Below, one piece after another: positions 49,820 through 58,925 of a DNA stretch of 64,000 bases. The DNA is from Pseudomonadota bacterium (GTDB lineage: Bacteria > Bdellovibrionota_B > Oligoflexia > Oligoflexales > CAIYRB01), in assembly GCA_031416315.1 (NCBI GenBank), contig JANOTL010000035.1:1-64000 (forward strand). The letters are read 5' to 3'. The translations under genes and the position numbers were made by a program. Position 1 is the first letter of the stretch. The number at the start of each line of letters is the position of its first letter. The notes beneath the pieces are model-generated. The model saw only the letters and a program-made list of their open reading frames with translations, was not told the DNA's origin and did no database searches.

Positions 49820-51055
49820 TCATGGGCCTTGGATTTTCTCGATCGGCTCGTCGTCCTCGTCGTCCCCGCCCGACGGCAGGATGTCGATGCCGACGACTTT
49901 ACCGAGCTTCACCATCAGAGGCACCGTGAGGGCGCCGCCCGGCAGGATGAAGAGCGTGCCGAGGCCAGCGATCTTCAGATAGTCGCGGAAGTGCGCGTTG
50001 GCCCGCTCGATCTCCTCGGGGGTCGCCGCGCCGCGCAAAAGCTTGCGGTACGAGCCCATCATTTCCTTGCCGTTCGAGGCTTGCGAGGACAGGAAGCGCT
50101 TGGCGCGATGCAGGTCCTCGACCAGCCGATGCTCGGCGAGCTCGGTCAAGCTGCCGAAGCTGGAGATGAGTTGATCGAGGTTCGAGGCGTCACCCGCGGG
50201 CGAAGCGGCCTTGCGACTTTCGCCGAGGGCCAGGGTCAAATTGTGCGCGCGCTCGCAGAGAGCGTCGACGACTCTATAGTAGTAGGACGGTGAGTCCTCC
50301 ATGAGCGTGAAGAACGCATCGGGCGCGAGCGCTTCCACCGTCACGCGTGATTTGGCGCGGGCGGTGGCGTTGCGTCGCCTCTGCTCGAGGACGCCCATCT
50401 CGCCCAGAACCTCGCCGGCGCGGACGCGCCCGAGCAGATATTCGCCTTTCTCCGTCTTCTTCACGCATTCGACGACGCCGGAGCGGATGATGAGCACCTC
50501 GTGGCTCGGCTCGCCCTCGGCAAAGAGCAAGGCGCCGGGCTCGAAGACGCGGACCGGAAACGGGTGCGTCCCCATGGCCGCGGTCTTCGCCGGGAACCGC
50601 TTCAAGCGGCGGCGCACGAAGTTCATCGAGCCGAGGAGCGCGCGACGCAGGAAGACGGCTGGCGCCGCGCGAAACCTGTACGAGCGTTGCGTCAGCGCGC
50701 GCTTCGCCGATTCCGCCTGCGCGGCGCGGTCGACGAGAAAGCGCGTCCGCAAGCTCAGGGCGTGGAGCATGCGTCGGCCGAGCGCGGCATCCTTCGCGAG
50801 CGCGCGGATCAGACCGCGGCGGTCGAAGCGCTCCGTCTCGGCGTCGCTGGTGAAGCGCACCGTCGCGTTGCGGGGCGCGCCGACCAGGGCGCCGACCTCG
50901 CCGACCAGGTCGCCGGGCTTCACGGAGCCGATCGGGCGGGGCCCGTCCGGCGTCTCGTGAAGAACCTCGGCCTCGCCGCTCAAGACGCGGAAAGCGTAGC
51001 GGCTGGAGTCGCCGTGGCGGAAGAGCACGTCGCCTTTGCGATGCTTCTGCTTCAA
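49820..51055 (-). CDS. Tandem cNMP-binding domain protein with LETM1-like C-terminal membrane segment
   Basis: Two cNMP cassettes (GDLVGE...PRNATV; GEVLGEMG...RNATA); C-terminal GTLFILPGG...GIDILPS. Confidence 0.8.
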   Translation of the reverse strand: MKQKHRKGDVLFRHGDSSRYAFRVLSGEAEVLHETPDGPRPIGSVKPGDLVGEVGALVGAPRNATVRFTSDAETERFDRRGLIRALAKDAALGRRMLHALSLRTRFLVDRAAQAESAKRALTQRSYRFRAAPAVFLRRALLGSMNFVRRRLKRFPAKTAAMGTHPFPVRVFEPGALLFAEGEPSHEVLIIRSGVVECVKKTEKGEYLLGRVRAGEVLGEMGVLEQRRRNATARAKSRVTVEALAPDAFFTLMEDSPSYYYRVVDALCERAHNLTLALGESRKAASPAGDASNLDQLISSFGSLTELAEHRLVEDLHRAKRFLSSQASNGKEMMGSYRKLLRGAATPEEIERANAHFRDYLKIAGLGTLFILPGGALTVPLMVKLGKVVGIDILPSGGDDEDDEPIEKIQGP

Positions 51056-51082
51056 TCCGTGCCTACGGCGATGAGTGGGAAT

Positions 51083-51493
51083 TCAGGGGATCAGGTTGGT
51101 GCGATCCGCTTCGATCAGACAGTCCGGGAGCGGACCGTAATAGACCTGGCCCTGGTACTGGTGGCGGCCCCACGGATCGATCGACCAACGCTTCAGATAG
51201 TATACATCGTCCTGACCGGCGCAGATCGCGACCAGCGTCAAAGCGTTGAAGGACGAGCGGTTTTCGTAGAGTTTCACGCGTTGCTGGTCGCAGATCTCAC
51301 GCGAGCCGACCCAGAGGTTGACTCTCGAGGCGACTTGGTTCGCGTCGATGACGGTGAACATCAGGTAGCCGGGTCCCGGAGGGCAGTCGTACGTGGCGAG
51401 GGCGGTCGCGCGGGGCTCCGGCCACTGGTCGTCGGCGAGTGCGACCGAAGACAGTCCGAGGGCGAAGGCGGCGGCTATGAGAAAGGTTTTCAA
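51083..51493 (-). CDS. Small secreted Cys-containing protein
   Basis: AAGGAG RBS plus TTG start; signal ALA-D. Confidence 0.75.
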   Translation of the reverse strand: MKTFLIAAAFALGLSSVALADDQWPEPRATALATYDCPPGPGYLMFTVIDANQVASRVNLWVGSREICDQQRVKLYENRSSFNALTLVAICAGQDDVYYLKRWSIDPWGRHQYQGQVYYGPLPDCLIEADRTNLIP

Positions 51494-51571
51494 GCGAGGC
51501 TCCTTACGGCGTAAGCAGGTTGAAGGCACTACGTGCCTCGTCTGCGCCGGGAAGTCCATCGCAACGCGGCG

Positions 51572-51680
51572 AGCCGGGCTCGCTTCTAGAGGATCGGAGA
51601 TGGGAGAGAAAGGGGCGAAAGGAGAGGTAACGGGCGGGTGGGACGGGGATTTTCGGGCGGGGTCTAGAAGCGCACTGGCT
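51572..51680. repeat. Inverted-repeat-bounded purine-rich element containing a G-quadruplex motif
   Basis: CGCTTCTAGA (51581) / TCTAGAAGCG (51663); GGGCGGGTGGGACGGGG at 51632-51648. Confidence 0.6.
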
Positions 51681-51828
51681 TGCTCACCAAGTAACGCGCG
51701 ACCGCGGGAAAAACTGGCTCACCGCCCGCGATTTTTTTCGGACCCTTGACGCGGGCTGTCGGGATCCCACGTTATGGCGGCGAAATGAGCGGAGAATTCT
51801 CACGAGAAGGCGCCCTCGGCTCTTCGGC

Positions 51829-51933
51829 GAGATTCCCGACGCTTACAAGGGCACAGACGAGGTGATGGCGAACCAGAGCGATCTGGTCGAGGTCGTGGCC
51901 GAGCTGAAGCAAGTGCTTTGCGTCAAACGATAG
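51829..51933 (+). pseudogene. rtcB: 3'-terminal remnant of RNA ligase RtcB
   Basis: Translates to EIPDAYKGTDEVMANQSDLVEVVAELKQVLCVKR*, matching the RtcB C-terminal signature; no start codon or RtcB-like sequence in frame immediately upstream. Confidence 0.85.
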
Positions 51934-51948
51934 CGTATTGAGACGAGG

Positions 51949-52641
51949 ATGCTCGGCACCTACGACCTCATCCTCTTCGACTTCGACGACACGCTCGTCG
52001 ATTTTCCCTTGGCGCAGACGGCCGCCTTGGCCGCGGTCGGCCGGCACTTCGGGCGCGGCGTCGGACCGGAGGCCTTGGCGGCGTTTCACGCGATCAACGC
52101 CGAGCTCTGGGCGGCGCACGACCTTGGGACGCTGAGCTTGGACCACGTGCTGCGGCATCGTTTCGAGCGGTTTCTGCCGCTCCTGGAGCTGGCCGAGGCC
52201 GACCGCGACGCCGACCGCGCCAACACCGCGTTCCTCGAGGGGCTCGCCGAAGCGGCGACGCCCTTTCCCGGGGCGGTCGAGCTGGTGCGGCGCGTCGCCG
52301 CGGCGAAGCCGGTCGGCATCGTCACCAACGGGCACGGCGCGACGCAGCGCAAGCGGCTGCGACACGCCGGATTCGGCGACATCCCGCTCTTCGTCGTCGT
52401 CTCGGGCGAGGTCGGCGCTTCGAAGCCATCGCGACGGATCTTCGAGGCGGCTTACGAGATGTCGGGGCTCGCGCCGGGCGCGCGTACCGTGATGATCGGC
52501 GACAATCTGAAGGCCGATGTCGCGGGCGCCTTGGCTGCGGGCTTCGACGCCTTCTGGGTGAATGCGGAGGGCAAGCCCGCGCCCGCAGACGTAAAACCGA
52601 GCTTCGTCGTGCGCAGCGTCTCTGAGTTGACGTTCCCATGA
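51949..52641 (+). CDS. HAD-superfamily hydrolase, YjjG-like nucleotidase
   Basis: FDFDDTL, VTNG, KPSRRIF, IGDNLKADV. Confidence 0.9.
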   Translation: MLGTYDLILFDFDDTLVDFPLAQTAALAAVGRHFGRGVGPEALAAFHAINAELWAAHDLGTLSLDHVLRHRFERFLPLLELAEADRDADRANTAFLEGLAEAATPFPGAVELVRRVAAAKPVGIVTNGHGATQRKRLRHAGFGDIPLFVVVSGEVGASKPSRRIFEAAYEMSGLAPGARTVMIGDNLKADVAGALAAGFDAFWVNAEGKPAPADVKPSFVVRSVSELTFP

Positions 52642-52676
52642 CAATCGGGCGCGGGGCCTGAGTTAGGATCCGTCCG

Positions 52677-54143
52677 ATGCGACTCCTCGGGAAATTGCCG
52701 CTCGTCGTCGGTGCCGCCTTCGCCCTGATCGCGGCGCTATGCGGCGAAGGCTATCGCCGCGCCGTGGCCCCGGCTCTGGCGCAGGGGACGACGCCTGAGC
52801 AAGCGGCGCGGACGACGCAGGAGTTCCTGCGCGATCGGCCGCCGGTGGCCGTGCGCGAGCGGCCGACGCTTTCGGGGCCGCTGGGCGAGCTCAAGGACCC
52901 GCGGCTGACCCTGCCGATCACGCATCTTCTGCCGGTCGAGGAGATGCGGGCGGTGTTCGCCTACGCGCAGTCTTGTACCAATGTTCCTATGGTTCTCGAT
53001 GCCGCTTTGGTGAAGGCGCTCTTTTGGGCGCGCTTCGTCTGCGGCGACGGAACGGCGCTGCCACCGGATTTTTTCGCGCGGCCGCCGTTCATGCATCCCG
53101 CGGGGAAATCGTACGCGGCGCTCGGCGCAGCGCGCGGGATCGCGACGCCGAAACATTTGCGGCACGAGCTGGAGCAGGTCGACGTGGGGCGCCCGGCCCT
53201 GGCGGCGATGGTCGCGGGGGACGCGCAGCTCGTCACTAAACAGCACGTAATCTTTCTGCAAGAAAGCGACGCCGGTTCTTCGCGCTATCTTTTCTTCCCG
53301 CGGAACGCTTGGGAGACTTTCGTCTCCATCCAGCCGGTGCGCCTGGTCGAGCGCGCGCCCGACGTCGCGTGTCTCCCGGGAACAAGCTATTACTGCTGGG
53401 CGGCGGCCACGCGGGTCGCGGAGGCAAGGGCGAGGCTCCTTGGCGGCGCGGCGATCGCGGCCTTGGTCGTTACGGCGCTCAGCCTACTCTTGGCGGCGAC
53501 TGGGCGCGTGGCCGCGCAGCGCCGCGAGCGCGCCGCTCGGGCGCGGATCGTGCGCACCTTGACGCACGAGCTGCGCACGCCGGCGACGAGCTTGGCCCTG
53601 GCGCTCGAGACTTTGCGCGACGAGTTCGACGAGTTGCCGGCAGGGAGCCAGACGGCGTTCCTGCGGATGACGGGCGACGTCGAGCGGCTCAAGCGCGTGA
53701 TCGCGGCGAGCGCCGGCTATCTCCGCGTCGAGCGCGCCGGCGCGTGCGGGCCGGGCGTCGCCTCGGTGAACAGCTTTCTCGCGGCGCTCATGGAGCGCTA
53801 CGGCGAGGCCGTGCGTTTCGAGGGCCTGGCCGAGGACGGCGCCCTGGGCGTCGACCCCCATTGGCTCGAGGTCGGCGTCGCGAATCTCGTCGACAATGCC
53901 GTGCGTCACGGCAAGCCGCCGGTCGTCGTGCGCGCGGCGCGGCGCGGGAAAAAGAAGGTGGCGATCACCGTCGAGGACGGCGGCGTGCTGCAGAGCGTCA
54001 ACCTGCTGACCCTCGCCGCGGGCGCGCAAGGCGGCGGACTCGGCCTCGGCTTGACCCTGGTAGACGACGTGGCTCGCGCTTTCGGCGGCGCGCTGCGCAT
54101 CGCACGGCCCGCGGCTTTCACCTTGGAGCTGCCTTCTAGATGA
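52677..54143 (+). CDS. Sensor histidine kinase with DUF3404-like (VxrA/WigK-type) periplasmic domain
   Basis: LTHELRTP H-box, NLVDNAVRHG, EDGG, GLGLGL; periplasmic Cys pairs and HPAGKSYA. Confidence 0.85.
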   Translation: MRLLGKLPLVVGAAFALIAALCGEGYRRAVAPALAQGTTPEQAARTTQEFLRDRPPVAVRERPTLSGPLGELKDPRLTLPITHLLPVEEMRAVFAYAQSCTNVPMVLDAALVKALFWARFVCGDGTALPPDFFARPPFMHPAGKSYAALGAARGIATPKHLRHELEQVDVGRPALAAMVAGDAQLVTKQHVIFLQESDAGSSRYLFFPRNAWETFVSIQPVRLVERAPDVACLPGTSYYCWAAATRVAEARARLLGGAAIAALVVTALSLLLAATGRVAAQRRERAARARIVRTLTHELRTPATSLALALETLRDEFDELPAGSQTAFLRMTGDVERLKRVIAASAGYLRVERAGACGPGVASVNSFLAALMERYGEAVRFEGLAEDGALGVDPHWLEVGVANLVDNAVRHGKPPVVVRAARRGKKKVAITVEDGGVLQSVNLLTLAAGAQGGGLGLGLTLVDDVARAFGGALRIARPAAFTLELPSR

Positions 54144-54820
54144 TCCTCCTGGTCGAAGACGAGCCGAACGTCGCCGAGGCCTTGTGCCGGTTCTTGACCG
54201 CCGAGGGGCTCCTCGTCCGGCCGGCGGTCGACGCGGCCGGGGCGGAGCGCGAGGTCCAGGCGCAAATGCCGGAGCTCGTGCTCCTCGATTGGGCGCTGCC
54301 GGATCGTCCCGGAATCGAGCTCTTGCGCGGTTGGCGCGAGCGCGGGCTAAAATTTCCGGTGATCATGCTGACGGCGCGCGCCGAGCTGATCGACAAAGTG
54401 CTCGGGCTCGAGCTCGGCGCCGACGATTACGTGACGAAGCCGTTCGAGCCGCGGGAATTGCTGGCGCGGATTCGCGCCCGCCTGCGCTCCGCGTCCGAGC
54501 CCGCGCGCACGAGCCTGACGGCGGCCTCCGGCGCGCTCGTGATCGACACGGCGGCGCACGAGGTGCGTTGGCGCGGCGTTTTGGTCGAGCTGACGCGCAT
54601 GGAGTTCGGCTTGCTCCGCCTCTTGGTCGAGGAGCGCAACAAGGTCTTCAGCCGCGACGAGCTCCTGAATCGGGTGTGGGGCTTCGAGGCGTTCCCGACG
54701 ACGCGAACGGTGGATACGCACATGCTGCAGTTGCGGCAGAAGCTCGCTGCCGAGATCTTCGAGACGGTGCGCGGCGTCGGCTACCGTTTCCGCGACGTCC
54801 CCGTGCCGCCGAAGAATTGA
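54140..54820 (+). CDS. OmpR-family response regulator
   Basis: LLVEDE, LLDWALP, GADDYVTKPF, TRTVDTH, TVRGVGY. Confidence 0.96.
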   Translation: MILLVEDEPNVAEALCRFLTAEGLLVRPAVDAAGAEREVQAQMPELVLLDWALPDRPGIELLRGWRERGLKFPVIMLTARAELIDKVLGLELGADDYVTKPFEPRELLARIRARLRSASEPARTSLTAASGALVIDTAAHEVRWRGVLVELTRMEFGLLRLLVEERNKVFSRDELLNRVWGFEAFPTTRTVDTHMLQLRQKLAAEIFETVRGVGYRFRDVPVPPKN

Positions 54821-54911
54821 CCGAGAGTTGACGAAGAAGGGACGGCGCCGTGACAAGGCGGCGCGCGCGAGGTGCCAAAGTAGGCCTCGAACCCAAACGG
54901 AGGATCTGTTC

Positions 54912-55892
54912 ATGATGTCCCTCAAGAGAATGACTGTGGCAATGGCAATGGCAGGAGTGGCGACCGTCGCCCTGGCGAACGGCGGCTTCTTCGGCGCGGA
55001 AGGCGAACGCTCGGCGATCGAGCGCGCGCATGCCGCGTATCTGAAGGACGACATGCCCTCGATGTCTTCCGCACTGCGGGAGGCGCTCGCGGACCCGAGC
55101 GCCGATCAGTTGGTGCGGACGAACGCTTACGATCTGCTGAATCGGGCGTTTCGCGAGCACAAGGGCAAGTTGACCTCCGACTGGGCGCCGCCGCCCGGGG
55201 TCAGCAACTTGAAGTTTGCCCACGTGCGCAAGGCGAAGCAGGACGGCGTCGCCTACAAGGCCAACTTCGCCGGGCACATGGACGCGGCGGACACGTTGTC
55301 GCAGGTGCAGCTCGTGAAGTTCCCGAACGACGTCGTGCTCGACCGTCGCGCGGGCGTCGGCGAGTGGGAGTCCGCGCCGGAGGAGACCGGCGGCGGCTTT
55401 TACTTCGGCCTCGACAGCGAGGACCGCGAGGCACCGTTGGCCGACGGCCTCTACATCATCCGATTCGTGCTCGCCAGCGGGCTCTCGTCGGAAGGCTGGT
55501 TCGTGATGAGTGACCTGACCTCTTCAGCGACGCCCTCCGTGCACGCCCCGGCCTACGGTGAAACGGTCACCTCGGCGCAGCCGACGATCACCTGGGACGA
55601 CTTCCGCTCGCCGGAGCTTTCGCCGGACGAGCGCCGGGTCATGCGCGTCAACGTCAGCCGTGTCACCGACGTTTCGCCTTATTGGGCGCCGGTCTGGGGC
55701 CTGTCGAGCCAAGGCGCCACGCAGACGTCGGCGACGGTCGGTCTGGAGCCGGATGCGGACGGGCCGGAGAGCTCGCTCGCCAACGGCGAATACTGGCTTT
55801 CCGTCAGCTTCTACGAGCAGCGCATGTTCGGCGATCTGAAGCTCCGGCGCGCGAGCCGCACGTCGCGACCGTTCCGCGTCGCGATTCCCTGA
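54912..55892 (+). CDS. Secreted protein, DUF2861 (VxrC)-like
   Basis: GGAGG RBS; signal peptide; position after the HK/RR pair; family recalled from context and weak similarity. Confidence 0.6.
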   Translation: MMSLKRMTVAMAMAGVATVALANGGFFGAEGERSAIERAHAAYLKDDMPSMSSALREALADPSADQLVRTNAYDLLNRAFREHKGKLTSDWAPPPGVSNLKFAHVRKAKQDGVAYKANFAGHMDAADTLSQVQLVKFPNDVVLDRRAGVGEWESAPEETGGGFYFGLDSEDREAPLADGLYIIRFVLASGLSSEGWFVMSDLTSSATPSVHAPAYGETVTSAQPTITWDDFRSPELSPDERRVMRVNVSRVTDVSPYWAPVWGLSSQGATQTSATVGLEPDADGPESSLANGEYWLSVSFYEQRMFGDLKLRRASRTSRPFRVAIP

Positions 55893-55895
55893 GAC

Positions 55896-58163
55896 TCAGC
55901 GACTTCGCCTGAGCGTCCGCACCAGCTCCTCGTGCTGGTCGGCGCGCAGGCCCTTGAGCGCCAAACCGTGCGCGAAACGTCCCGCGCCGCCGCGCGCCGG
56001 CCGACCCCAACGCACCTCGGCGTCGACCGTCAGGGGCTGGGGCTCGCCCGCGATCGTGAGGGTGAGCTTCAGGCCGACACCCTTCGCAAGGTAGGCGGGG
56101 AGCTCGACGCCGATGCCGCGCTCGGAAAAGTCGACGAGGACGCACGGCCCATATTCAGTGCCGATGGCGACGAAGGCAGGGTCTACGACGAGCCAGCGCT
56201 GCTCCAGCCGCGTGAGTCCCATGCGCTCGGCGTGCACCCGCGTCGCGGCAGCCTTCTCCGCCGTGCCCGCGAGCGGGTCGAATTCGACCGCTTGTAGCGG
56301 CTTTTCGTGGTGCTTGACCTGGATCAGGCGCCGGGCCATGCCGGGCGTGTCGATCGCGAACTTGGCGCAAGCGTCGAGCGTCGTCTCGCTCAGCATGACC
56401 GCGTGCAGATCGCAGGCCGTCTCGAGGCGCTTCGCGAGGTTGACCCCGGTGCCGATCACGGTGAAGTCGAGCCGGCCGTCGCTGCCGACGTTGCCGACGA
56501 AGACGCTGGCGGTGTTGATCCCGATGCGCAGCGGCGTCGCGAGGCGCGCGCCCTCACCGGCGGCGCGCGCCATCTCGAGGACGTTGTCGCGCTGGATGGC
56601 GACCGCGCAGTCGACGGCGGCGTCAGCATGGCCTCGTCGAGGGGCGCCGTCTGCGGGCAGCTCCCGGCCCCAACCGTGGCCGAAATACGCGAGAAGACCG
56701 TCCCCGAGCGTGCGGTCGACGGTGCCTCCGTGCTCGTGGATGCGCTGGCTCGTGCGCGCGAACACCGCCTTGATATACGCAAAAACGTCGGCCGGCGGAT
56801 GCTCCTCGGCGAGGAGCGAGAAGCCGACGACGTCGATGAACATCAGGGTGACGACGCGCTCGGCCGCGTTTTCGTCGAGGGCTTTCGGATCCTCGACGAA
56901 TTGCTGGAGGCGTTCGTCGGAAATCAGGCCTTTGAGTGCGCTTCGGAGCGCGGTCGCCTTCAGCTCGCCTTCGCGGCCGCGGCGCGCGACGCCGAACGCG
57001 GCCGCGCCAAGGAAGGCGGCCGTCGGACTCGCCCAGGGAACGAGCGCGCCCGCGAAAATGAACGCGGCGTGACTAGCCAGGGCGATCCCGCCCGCGGCCG
57101 CGACGGCGACGAGCGGCACGAAAAGCGGCCGCAGCGCGAAGCCGAGCCATAGGCCGAGGGCGGCGAGAAGCGGAAGCAGCGCGAGCGCGAGCTCGCGCGC
57201 GGGGACGAGCCACCTTCCCGCGAGCACGCTATTCATCACGGCGACGTGGTAGAAGACGCCGGGAACCGCGCCGATCGGCGTGGCGCGGAAGTCGGTGTTC
57301 CCCGAGTAGTAGAGCGGCACGATGACGACGTAGTCGCCCTTGTCGATGCCGATCGGTCCTGCCTCCGGCGCATCCGGCAAGACGAGCTTCGCGAGGCTCT
57401 GCGTGCGGGATTGCAGCGTTGCCAACGCCGGGAAATCGGCGGCGAGGAGGCCGCGCTCGTCGACGGGCACGCGGCGGCCGTCGATCAAGGGGCCGTCGGC
57501 GTCGAGGCCGATGGATTTCGCCGCGCCGAAGGCGATGTGCGGCATGACGCGCTCGTGATCGACGCGCAGAAAGGGGGCGACGAAGCCGCCGCCCTGGTCG
57601 TTGATGTGGCCGATGAAGTCGAAGCTCCGACGCAGAACCGGCAGAGGGCCTTGCGGGACGCCGCCGGAAATCGAAAGCCACGCGGCGTCGCGCGGATCGG
57701 CGGCCAGCTTGGCGATCTGGTTGTAGGGCTTTTCAAGGGCGAGGGGCGTCGGCGCGGTGGCGGCGCGGGAGGCGAAGCTGCCGGCGATGACGTTGCCAGC
57801 GGCAAGGTTCGCTTGGGCGAGCTCGGCGAGCGCGGCGTCCGCTTCGAACGATAGGCCGAAGACTTTGTCGATCAGGATCGCCGCCGGCTTGGCGCGCGCG
57901 AGGCGGCGGACGAGGCGGCTCCAGTCGGGAGCGAGCATCTCGGTACGGCGCAGGGCGTGCACGCTGGCGTCGTCGAAGGCCAGGATCTTGAGGCGTGAGT
58001 CGAGCGCGGGAGCCTTGCCGAGGCGGGCGCGCAGCTCGAAGCGCAGCGGCTGCTCGACGGCGTCGCGGAGGTAAGCGCCGGGCGAGAAGGCTTGGCCGAG
58101 GAGCGCGGCGAGCGTGACGCCGAGCCAGAGGAGCACGAGCTTCGGGCGTGGCCAACGCCGCAT
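55896..58163 (-). CDS. CHASE2 + class III nucleotide cyclase + PilZ membrane protein
   Basis: CHASE2 (LAFDD, TPIG.VPGV..H); three TM segments; FIDVVGFS, GDG, RIGINT, GVNLAKRLE; PilZ RLEQR and DFSERG. Confidence 0.9.
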   Translation of the reverse strand: MRRWPRPKLVLLWLGVTLAALLGQAFSPGAYLRDAVEQPLRFELRARLGKAPALDSRLKILAFDDASVHALRRTEMLAPDWSRLVRRLARAKPAAILIDKVFGLSFEADAALAELAQANLAAGNVIAGSFASRAATAPTPLALEKPYNQIAKLAADPRDAAWLSISGGVPQGPLPVLRRSFDFIGHINDQGGGFVAPFLRVDHERVMPHIAFGAAKSIGLDADGPLIDGRRVPVDERGLLAADFPALATLQSRTQSLAKLVLPDAPEAGPIGIDKGDYVVIVPLYYSGNTDFRATPIGAVPGVFYHVAVMNSVLAGRWLVPARELALALLPLLAALGLWLGFALRPLFVPLVAVAAAGGIALASHAAFIFAGALVPWASPTAAFLGAAAFGVARRGREGELKATALRSALKGLISDERLQQFVEDPKALDENAAERVVTLMFIDVVGFSLLAEEHPPADVFAYIKAVFARTSQRIHEHGGTVDRTLGDGLLAYFGHGWGRELPADGAPRRGHADAAVDCAVAIQRDNVLEMARAAGEGARLATPLRIGINTASVFVGNVGSDGRLDFTVIGTGVNLAKRLETACDLHAVMLSETTLDACAKFAIDTPGMARRLIQVKHHEKPLQAVEFDPLAGTAEKAAATRVHAERMGLTRLEQRWLVVDPAFVAIGTEYGPCVLVDFSERGIGVELPAYLAKGVGLKLTLTIAGEPQPLTVDAEVRWGRPARGGAGRFAHGLALKGLRADQHEELVRTLRRSR

Positions 58164-58167
58164 CGAC

Positions 58168-58779
58168 TCAGTCCCCGGCCGCGAGACGTCCGGAAACAAT
58201 CACGGTCCGGACTTTGCCGGAGTCGGGATCTTTGCCGGTAAGCTCGAGATCCATCTCGAGCTCCTCGTTCACCAGATCCTTGGGCACGGCGAAGATCGCG
58301 GTGCGGCCTTTGCCGGGCTGGATGATGTTCTTGGTGATGATCAGATCCTTCGATTTAGCCGCGCCGGCTTTGCGCACGACCCAGCGCTTCTGCAGCTTCG
58401 AGATGTCGACGAGCTTCTTGCGCGCCTTCGCGTCGCTGGCGTTTTTGTGCAACGCGCACGAGACGAGGCGTTCTTTTTTCGTGTCGAGCTCGTCGGCCGC
58501 GCCGGGCTTCAGGAGATCGTCACTCTCGGCCTCGTCTATATCGACGGCGTCGAGGCGGAGATAGGCGCCGTTCAAGACCTCAGGCGGAAGCGCTTGGTCG
58601 CCGGCGTAGGTGCTGTCCTTGGTCTTCTTCGTCCCGGCGTCCTCTGCCTTGACGGCCGAGCCGCTGCCGCTCGACGGCGCGACGTCTATGTCGCGTCGCG
58701 GCGTGGCGGCGGGCTCGCACGCCGAGGTGAGCGCGAGCGCGAGCGCGATCGAGAGCAGGAGCGGATGACGGTAAGACAT
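58168..58779 (-). CDS. Lipoprotein, function unknown
   Basis: Lipobox TSA-C; probably co-transcribed with the cyclase gene. Confidence 0.7.
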   Translation of the reverse strand: MSYRHPLLLSIALALALTSACEPAATPRRDIDVAPSSGSGSAVKAEDAGTKKTKDSTYAGDQALPPEVLNGAYLRLDAVDIDEAESDDLLKPGAADELDTKKERLVSCALHKNASDAKARKKLVDISKLQKRWVVRKAGAAKSKDLIITKNIIQPGKGRTAIFAVPKDLVNEELEMDLELTGKDPDSGKVRTVIVSGRLAAGD

Positions 58780-58925
58780 ACGATCTGTTCGGCTATATCC
58801 GGCGGCGCCTGAACCGATACTTTTGCGTCGGCCGCGCCTCGCGGTAGAAGAGCAATGTGGTAGTAAAATCAGTTTGTTACCTCGTCGGCGCTAAGGCAAG
58901 GGCACATAAAACCGAATGTAATTCC

